Origin: Anaerolineae bacterium
Lineage (GTDB): Bacteria; Chloroflexota; Anaerolineae; JAAYZQ01
DNA length: 25,667 bases
Reading direction: 5' to 3'
Assembly (NCBI GenBank): GCA_035461725.1
Contig: DATHUZ010000505.1
Span: 1-25,667 of the forward strand
This document shows, in pieces, positions 1 through 7,418 of this stretch. The stretch's first letter is position 1; each line of letters begins with the position of its first letter. The notes beneath the pieces were generated by a model. It ran no database searches. It saw only the letters and a list, made by a program, of their open reading frames with translations, and was not told the origin of the DNA. Made by a program: the position numbers and the translations under genes.

Positions 1-1
1 C

Positions 2-48
2 GATCGGTGTGAACCGGCCGTGGGAAAGTGGGCCGGTTCACACCGATC
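2..48. repeat. Perfect 18-bp inverted repeat (11-nt loop); terminator- or REP-like hairpin downstream of the rhodanese gene
   Basis: gatcggtgtgaaccggcc (2-19) is the exact reverse complement of ggccggttcacaccgatc (31-48). It lies about 30 nt past the TAG at 80-82. Any U-tract on the minus strand would fall outside the window. Confidence 0.75.
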
Positions 49-79
49 CGATCGTGCGGCTGCGTCGTGAGGTGCCTGG

Positions 80-616
80 CTAGGGATTGGCCGTTTCTAC
101 GGGCAGGCCGGCTGCCTGCCACGCAGCGAACCCGCCGAGCAGTGCCGAGGCACGATCAAAGCCGCGGTCGATCAACGTTTGTGCCACACGGGCACTTGCG
201 GCCTCCTGGCTTCAAGTTCAGTAGAGGACGAGATCGACGTCCTGTGGCAGCTCGTCGATCCACTCCTCGAGCTCTGTTTCGGGCGCAGAGATGGCGCCGG
301 CGATGTGCGACTGTTGATAGGCTGCGGCGCTGCGCACATCGACGAACAGTGCCTCTCCCGCCGCCACGCCTTGCTGCGCATCCTCGAGAGAGGTGCGCGG
401 CACGGCGGGGTAGGGGATCGAGGCGGTAGAGAGGGGCGCTGCTGTGGGCACCGACGCCAGGCGCGGCGCTGCGCCCCGGTTTTCGAACGAGACGATCACT
501 GCAGCGACCACGGCGACGAGGACGACGCCTACGAGAAGCGGGATCGCGAGTGAATTGGATTTCTGTTGTGGTTGCCGGCGGCGGGGTGCCGCGGCCTGAC
601 GCTTTTTCTTGCTCAC
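80..616 (-). CDS. Membrane-anchored rhodanese-like protein, putative selenoprotein with two in-frame UGA codons (U133-T-U135), 178 aa
   Basis: GTG start, basic N-terminus, one hydrophobic segment (LAIPLLVGVVLVAVVAAVIVSF), then rhodanese N-terminal motif FVDVRS..AY..SHIAGA. Past the ORF-track stop the frame reads LVLY-TGA-T-TGA-SQEAASARVAQTLIDRGFDRASALLGGFAAWQAAGLPVETANP-TAG(80-82), which supplies the active-site loop and the C-terminal rhodanese signature LxGGFxAWxxAGxPV. Confidence 0.85.
181..203 (-). promoter_or_regulatory. Candidate bacterial SECIS element(s) 3' of the UGA codons
   Basis: mRNA hairpin GUGCC-CGUGU-GGCAC (195-181) with G at loop position 2; the loop starts 21 nt after the second UGA and 27 nt after the first. 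An overlapping alternative is GGCC-GCAA-G(U)GCC (203-191). Short stems, found by eye. Confidence 0.5.
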
Positions 617-634
617 AATGCCTGTTACTTTCTA

Positions 635-670
635 GTGAACAAAGCGGCGTCCCGGGGTCCGGGACGCCGC
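635..670 (-). terminator. Rho-independent terminator after rpoD
   Basis: 12-bp perfect stem gcggcgtcccgg (644-655) / ccgggacgccgc (659-670), followed on the minus strand by TTTGTT. Confidence 0.75.
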
Positions 671-707
671 CCGAGAGTAGCGGGACCGATCACTCCCGGT
701 CGTGTGA

Positions 708-1931
<1,224 letters not shown>

Positions 1932-2452
1932 CCTGACCCAATCCCCCAATCTATCTCGGCTCCGCTGGCTGCCGGAGGGCCACGACCGGCGCTGCGGGCA
2001 TCCGCTTCACTGCGTGTTCCGACTCGTTTCTTTGAACCCGACGTCGGTGGCGTGAATGGCGTCTGCGCCTGGCGCGGGCCCCGGCTCTGGATCGCGCGCC
2101 AAAAGCAGGTGGTAGGGTGTGTTCGGCACGTACTGCTCAGGCCAAGGTGGTCGTTCCTGCCCGTTCGGCAACGTCGTTAGCGCATGCAACCAACACTCAG
2201 GTGTGTGTTCCTCCTCAAACACGCCGCGGCCGGGCAGAATCCGGCCGGAAAATGAGAACCGTACACGTGTGCTGGATAGCGGCTGCTGCAGGGGGGGACC
2301 CGGCAGTCGACGCCTTCCAATGTCCTCACAGAAATGGCCGCTGTCAGAGCGGCCAGACTGTGGTGCCTGTTGGTCACGTTCTTGACCGGGTTCATACACC
2401 TTTCTCGCGCGATAAATTCCCCAGGTGGCCGGGACGCGCCAAAGACAAGGCT

Positions 2453-2480
2453 ATTATACCATAAAATTCCAAAATGTGAA
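2453..2480 (-). promoter_or_regulatory. Sigma-70 promoter towards rpoD
   Basis: Minus strand TTCACA (2480-2475), 16-nt spacer, TGn-TATAAT (2458-2453). Confidence 0.65.
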
Positions 2481-2535
2481 CCCCCCAATTTGACCAATTC
2501 TGAAAACTGGCCTGGCGCGGTTGGGCTGTGGGCCC

Positions 2536-2564
2536 TTGACATGGCCCATCACCTGTGATATGCT
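2536..2564 (+). promoter_or_regulatory. Sigma-70 promoter for the PLD gene (divergent from rpoD)
   Basis: TTGACA (2536-2541), 17-nt spacer, TGn-TATGCT (2559-2564); purine-rich GAGGGGAAGGG directly before the ATG at 2594. Confidence 0.7.
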
Positions 2565-2593
2565 GACTCTATTCGACGGGCCGAGGGGAAGGG

Positions 2594-5500
2594 ATGGCAA
2601 ACCAGGCGGCGCGCCTGCTGCCGGCGGCCGGCCTGTGCCTGCTGGTGCTGGTGGCCAGCACCGCGGTGACGACGGGCCGGGCGCTGCCGGGCACGGCACC
2701 GGGCGCCGTGCTGATTCACGAGCTGGAGTATGACCCGCAGGGCAGCGATGCCGCCTGCGAGTGGTTTGAGCTGTACAATGCCCTGACGACGCCCATCGAC
2801 CTTGCTGGCTGGCGTGTGCGCGACAATTATGCGGCCGACGTGCTGCCCGCCCTCACCCTGCCGCCGGGTGGCGCGGCGGTGGTGGCGGCCAGCACGAGTT
2901 TTTACGACAACTATCCGGCCTTTACGGGCACGCTGGTCGTGCTCGGCAGCCCGATCGGAAATGGGCTGAACAACGATGGAGACCGCCTCATCCTGGAGGA
3001 CGCGGCAGGGAGCGCGGTGGATGCCCTGTCGTATGGGGCCGACAGGACGATCCTCGACTGCGGCGGCTATCCGTGTGCCGGGGTGCCGGAGGGAAGCTCG
3101 CTGGAGCGCGACCCCGCCGGGCGGGACACCGACACCGCGGCCGATTTCGTCGCGCGCCAGGCGCCCACGCCGGGACGGATCGTGACACCCCCGCCCGCCA
3201 CCGCCGACCTGCGCGCGGGAAAGAGCGGGCCTGCCACCACCCCGCCGGGGGCGGTCATCACGTACACCATCACTTTGAGCAACGCGGGCCAGGTGGCGGC
3301 GGATGGGGTGTGGATCACCGACACGCTGCCGGCGGGTGCCGCGCTGATCTGGCACAGCGCGCCCTACCCGGTGGTTCAGCCAGGGCCCGGCACCCTCGCC
3401 TGGGCGGTGGGGACCGTACCGACGGGGTCGGGAGCTGTGCCGCCGGTGCAGTTTGAACTGGCCGTGCGCCTGCCCGCCGATGCCGCGGGCGAGGTGGCGA
3501 ACGTGCTGACGGCGACGACGACGACGGGGGAAGCGAACCCACTCGACAATGGGGCGACGGCCGTGACCCAGATCGAGGAGCTGCCGGGCGGTGCCCCTGT
3601 CCTGCTCGAGGCGATCTACTACGACGGGTATGCCGCGTACGATTACGACGAGGCGGTGCGGCTGGTGAACGTGGGCAGCGGCACGCTGGAGCTGGGTGGG
3701 TGGAGCCTGGGGGAACCGGGGGTGCAGGCCAGGGCCACCTTTGCGCCGGGCACGCAGCTTGAGGCGGGGGAACGGATCTGGTGCGCGCGCAAGGCGACGG
3801 CGTTCGAGGCGCAGTTTGGCTTCAAGCCCGACCTGGAAACGGACGACACGGATCCGGACGTGCCCGAGATGGAAGGAAGCTGGCCCGGCCTGGCGAACGA
3901 CGGGGGCGCGTGCGTGCTGCGCGACCCCGACGGGCAGGTGATCGACGCGGTGGTGTATGAAGGTGGGGACCCGGACACGTCCGGCTGGAGCGGTCCGGCG
4001 GTGGTGCCCTGGGCGTCGGGCGGCTACTTTGGCGCCGAAGGGCAGATCCTGTACCGGAAGCGCGACGAAGGGACGGGCCTGCCCTGGTCCGGCCCCGTCA
4101 CGACGACGGTGACGGCCTGGGCGCAGGACCCGGCCGACCCGGTCGGGGGGCGGCGGGTGCTCTATCCGGGCTGGGACCTGGACCGGTTTTTTGCGACGGC
4201 ACGCGTCACCGAGACGGCCGGCCTGGTCGTGGCGATTGCTCCCGATCACCTGCTCGAGGAGGTCGTGGCACGGCTCGGCACGGCGCAGAGCTCGATCCTG
4301 ATCGAAGCGTACACGCTCGAGAGCCGGGCGGTTGCTGACGTGCTGCTCAACAGGCTCGCGGCGGGGGTGCAGGTGAGCATACTGCTGGAGGGCAGCCCGG
4401 CGGGCGGGATAAAGAGCGCGCAGCGGTGGATCTGCAACCAGCTCCGGCTGGCAGGGGCGAACGTGTGGTTCATGTACGCGGGCGCCAGCCACGCGCGCTA
4501 TCGCTACCAGCACGCCAAGGTGATCGTGATCGACGACCGGCTGGCGCTGATTGGCACGGAGAATCTCAACCCATCGGCGATGCCTGCCGACGACAAGGCG
4601 AACGGCACGGCGGGCAGGCGCGGCGTGTACCTGATGACAGATGCGCCGGGCGTGGTGGAGCGGGTGCGCGCGGTGATCGAGGCGGACCTCGACCCCGATC
4701 ACCACGCGGACCTCGTCACCTGCGCCGACGTGCCGGAGCTGTGCAGCGGAACGGTGCCGCCGGCCGAGCCTGATTGGGTGACGTACACGGTCGCTTTTTC
4801 GTCGCCGCTGGTCGTGCGCGGCAAGATGGCCTTCGAGGTGGTGCAGTCGCCCGAGAACAGCCTACGCACGTCCGACGGGCTGCTTGGACTGCTGGCGCGG
4901 GCGGGGGCCGGCGACACGGTGCTCGTGGAGCAGTTTTACGAGCACGCCGCGTGGGGCGACGCCGGCGCCACGCCCGAGGATGATCCGAATCCCCGTCTCG
5001 AAGCGTACCTGGCGGCGGCCAGGCGCGGCGCCCGGGTGCGCATTTTGCTCAACCGGCACACGTTCGACGATTACGAGAATGAAAACGTGGCCACGGCCGC
5101 TTATCTGCATTCTGCAGCCAGCGGGCTCGATTTCCAGGTCCGGCTGGGCGACCCGACGGCACTGGGCCTGCACAACAAGATGGTGCTGGTGCACGCGGGC
5201 GGCAAGGGGATCGTGCACATCGGCAGCATCAACGGCAGTGAGGTGTCGTCGAAGGCAAACCGCGAGCTGGCGCTGCAGGTGCAGAGTGACGCGGCGTACG
5301 ACTATCTCGCCGCCCTGTTCGCCCACGATTGGGCTGCCTCGCCCCTGCCGGTCTATCTGCCCCTCGCCTACAGGGGGTGCGCCCTGCCCTCGCCTGCAGG
5401 ATACCCTCTCATCACCGAGCTGTTCTACGCGGTTTCGAAGGAGCAGGAGTGGGTCGAGGTCGGCAATCCCACATCCGAGGCGATCGATCTGTCGCGGTTC

Positions 5501-5932
5501 ACGATCGGCGACGCCCAGCGCCCCGACAGTTACGAGGGGATGTACGTGCTGCCTGCCGGCACGGTGCTCGCGCCGCAGCAGGTGCTGGTGATTGCCAGCT
5601 CGGCGGCCGCGTTCCGCGCGGCGTACGGGGTGCCCCCCGATTTCGAGTTCTACGAGACAGACGGCACGGTGCCCACACTCGCCCGCGCGCCGCTGTGGGG
5701 CGAGGGAGAGTGGGAGCTGCGCGGTGACGGCGACGAGGTGCTGCTGCTCGACACGGCAGGCCGGTGGGTGGACGTGGTGGTGTATGGCGACTCGCACCTG
5801 CCAGGGGTGGTGGCGCACCCGGGCGTGGCCTTTGGGCACTCGCTCGAGCGTTTTCCGGCGCGATTCGACACAAATGACTGTGCCGTCGATTTTCGTGACC
5901 AGCCCTTCCCGAGCCCGGGAAGGGTGCCGTAA
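2594..5932 (+). CDS. Secreted multidomain protein: lamin-tail domains + DUF11 + phospholipase D-family (two HKD-type motifs), 1112 aa
   Basis: Signal peptide; LTD motifs (LIHELEYDP...EWFELYN, LLEAIYYDG...EAVRLVN, LITELFY...EWVEVGN); DUF11-like ADL..GKSGP...ITYTITLSN.G...ITDTLP; PLD motifs HAKVIVID...GTENLN and HNKMVLVH...GSING. Confidence 0.88.
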   Translation: MANQAARLLPAAGLCLLVLVASTAVTTGRALPGTAPGAVLIHELEYDPQGSDAACEWFELYNALTTPIDLAGWRVRDNYAADVLPALTLPPGGAAVVAASTSFYDNYPAFTGTLVVLGSPIGNGLNNDGDRLILEDAAGSAVDALSYGADRTILDCGGYPCAGVPEGSSLERDPAGRDTDTAADFVARQAPTPGRIVTPPPATADLRAGKSGPATTPPGAVITYTITLSNAGQVAADGVWITDTLPAGAALIWHSAPYPVVQPGPGTLAWAVGTVPTGSGAVPPVQFELAVRLPADAAGEVANVLTATTTTGEANPLDNGATAVTQIEELPGGAPVLLEAIYYDGYAAYDYDEAVRLVNVGSGTLELGGWSLGEPGVQARATFAPGTQLEAGERIWCARKATAFEAQFGFKPDLETDDTDPDVPEMEGSWPGLANDGGACVLRDPDGQVIDAVVYEGGDPDTSGWSGPAVVPWASGGYFGAEGQILYRKRDEGTGLPWSGPVTTTVTAWAQDPADPVGGRRVLYPGWDLDRFFATARVTETAGLVVAIAPDHLLEEVVARLGTAQSSILIEAYTLESRAVADVLLNRLAAGVQVSILLEGSPAGGIKSAQRWICNQLRLAGANVWFMYAGASHARYRYQHAKVIVIDDRLALIGTENLNPSAMPADDKANGTAGRRGVYLMTDAPGVVERVRAVIEADLDPDHHADLVTCADVPELCSGTVPPAEPDWVTYTVAFSSPLVVRGKMAFEVVQSPENSLRTSDGLLGLLARAGAGDTVLVEQFYEHAAWGDAGATPEDDPNPRLEAYLAAARRGARVRILLNRHTFDDYENENVATAAYLHSAASGLDFQVRLGDPTALGLHNKMVLVHAGGKGIVHIGSINGSEVSSKANRELALQVQSDAAYDYLAALFAHDWAASPLPVYLPLAYRGCALPSPAGYPLITELFYAVSKEQEWVEVGNPTSEAIDLSRFTIGDAQRPDSYEGMYVLPAGTVLAPQQVLVIASSAAAFRAAYGVPPDFEFYETDGTVPTLARAPLWGEGEWELRGDGDEVLLLDTAGRWVDVVVYGDSHLPGVVAHPGVAFGHSLERFPARFDTNDCAVDFRDQPFPSPGRVP

Positions 5933-6118
5933 CGGCGAGAAAACTCAGGAGCCAGGCACTCGAAGCGGTCGCGCTCCACTTTTCCACAGATCCACTGCCT
6001 GGTTGACCCGGCGCTGCCCGTCACAGAGGCGCACCGGCTGGCGGACGAGGCGGAGCGGCGCATCCAGGCGGGGATACCCGAGGTCAGCGAGGTACTGGTC
6101 CACATCGAGCCGGAATAA
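5933..6118 (+). pseudogene. Start-less fragment of a cation diffusion facilitator (CDF/FieF-like) C-terminal dimerisation domain
   Basis: 5990-6118 translates as IHCLVDPALPVTEAHRLADEAERRIQAGIPEVSEVLVHIEPE-TAA, matching the CDF cytoplasmic-domain pattern H..VD....V.EAH.IA...E..I......V..V.VH.EP. There is no start codon back to the in-frame TAA at 5930-5932. Not in the ORF track. Confidence 0.7.
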
Positions 6119-6221
6119 CTCTCCTCGCAACGAGGCTGCTTTTCTCAAACCAAACACGAACCTTTCCAACTCTGTCCAACGACTCTCCAAACCGAAGCCG
6201 TCCGACTTGCGATGAATTCTG

Positions 6222-6230
6222 TGGTAGAAT
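6222..6230 (+). promoter_or_regulatory. Extended -10 element upstream of the DUF3309 gene
   Basis: TGG-TAGAAT (6222-6230); no good -35 at 17-nt spacing. Confidence 0.4.
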
Positions 6231-6296
6231 TACTATTAGAAGGCGGAAATTGGAACCGCCTGCGAGTGTTTAACAAAGTGGAGGGAGATAACGAAC

Positions 6297-6452
6297 ATGT
6301 TGACGACGATTTTGGTGATCGTGTTGGTGCTGTTGCTGCTTGGGGCGCTGCCCCTGTGGCCGTACAACCGTAGTTGGGGATGGGCGCCGGGCGGCCTGCT
6401 GGGCTTTTTGCTGGTTGTCCTCCTGATCCTGTGGTTGGCTGGCGTACTCTAG
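6297..6452 (+). CDS. DUF3309-family small membrane protein, 51 aa (below the ORF-track cutoff)
   Basis: SD GGAGGG, then ATG; MLTTILVIVLVLLLLGALPLWPYNRSWGWAPGGLLGFLLVVLLILWLAGVL has two hydrophobic segments around the family-typical GALPxWPYxRxWG motif. A strong terminator follows. Confidence 0.85.
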   Translation: MLTTILVIVLVLLLLGALPLWPYNRSWGWAPGGLLGFLLVVLLILWLAGVL

Positions 6453-6488
6453 CCAGCCTGCGCAAAACGCGCGCATAGACGTAGAGGG

Positions 6489-6533
6489 ATGGGGAGCTGC
6501 CGCCTGTGGGCGGTGGCTCCCCATTCTTTTATT
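6489..6533 (+). terminator. Rho-independent terminator after the DUF3309 gene
   Basis: 16-bp stem (6489-6504 / 6509-6524, two G-U pairs), TGTG loop, then TCTTTTATT. Confidence 0.85.
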
Positions 6534-6567
6534 CACGCGACAGAGTTTCAAACGAAGGAGAGGGGCA

Positions 6568-7407
6568 ATGGACAAGACGGAGAGCAAGGTCGAATTCGTG
6601 ACGACGTACGCGCCGGCTTTTCGGCGACACTACCAGATTCACTACCACGACAGAGGGCGTTCTTACGAGGAGTACGAGCCGGCCTACTGCCTTGGTTACG
6701 AGCTGGTGGCGATCCACGGGCAGGGCAACCGAGCCTGGGACGACGTGGAAGGAAAAGCGCGGCGCCGGTGGAAGAGGCAGGGTGAGGCTCTGTCGTGGGA
6801 AGAGGTAAAGGGCGCCGTGGAGCACGGATGGAACGAGGCGCGAGAGGGGATCGGCCTGCAGGACGTGGACGAGTACGACGAGGACTTTTACGCTCACTTC
6901 CAAGCGAGGTATGGCGCAACGGGCCACGCCTACGATGACTATGAGCCGGCCTACCGCTACGGAACCGATCTGGCCTACGACGAGCGATACATGCGGCGGC
7001 TGTGGCCCGAGCTCGAGCCCGAGATTCGCGAAATCTGGGAGCGCAGGGGCGACACGCCGTGGAACAGCGTCAAGGACGCGATCGAGTACGCGTGGAACCG
7101 GGCGCGCAGCCCGCTAGACCACGCGTACGATCCGCTGGTGACGTACGACGAGGACACGTTTCAGGCCCACCACACGGCCACTTATCGCTCCGGCCGGCCG
7201 TACGAGTATTACGAGCCTGCCTACCGCTTGGGCTACGATCTGGCCTACAAACGGCGCTACCGCGGCAAGCCGTGGGAAGAGATCGAGCCGCAGGTGGAGC
7301 GTGAATGGGCGCGCAGCGGGAATGACACGCCGTGGCAAGAAGTCAAGGGGGCGGTGCACCACGCGTGGCGGGAGGTGCAGAAAGCGCTCACGCTGCAGGA
7401 AGGGTAG
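6568..7407 (+). CDS. Hypothetical protein made of three tandem copies (about 90 aa each) of a Tyr/Trp-rich domain, 279 aa
   Basis: SD AAGGAG. Each copy follows Y...F..H....Y......Y..YEPAY..G..L.......W..(V/L/I)E......W......W..VK.A....W... Confidence 0.85.
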   Translation: MDKTESKVEFVTTYAPAFRRHYQIHYHDRGRSYEEYEPAYCLGYELVAIHGQGNRAWDDVEGKARRRWKRQGEALSWEEVKGAVEHGWNEAREGIGLQDVDEYDEDFYAHFQARYGATGHAYDDYEPAYRYGTDLAYDERYMRRLWPELEPEIREIWERRGDTPWNSVKDAIEYAWNRARSPLDHAYDPLVTYDEDTFQAHHTATYRSGRPYEYYEPAYRLGYDLAYKRRYRGKPWEEIEPQVEREWARSGNDTPWQEVKGAVHHAWREVQKALTLQEG

Positions 7408-7418
7408 TGTTGCTTTTA

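Noticed and set aside
212-220. Genome-wide UGA reassignment (Trp/Gly) as the explanation for the rhodanese read-through
   Set aside because: TGA terminates other genes here at sensible ends (TPR 8978, lipM 22773, proC 23617, lipS2 24453), Trp is encoded by TGG, and the two UGAs fall at Cys-type positions.
2549-4705. 718-aa minus-strand ORF (also 4862-5839, 7332-8678, 8807-9982, 10025-11332, 13315-14496 and similar)
   Set aside because: Antisense or alternative-frame shadows of well-supported genes in high-GC DNA; Arg/His/Gly-rich, with no motifs or SD.
5945-6190. 81-aa minus-strand ORF as a real small protein
   Set aside because: Its coding-like look is explained by being antisense to the CDF-domain fragment on the plus strand.
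6544-6568. SigB-like promoter GTTT-N14-GGGCAA before the triple-repeat gene
   Set aside because: The putative -10 abuts the ATG and lies downstream of the SD; probably coincidental.
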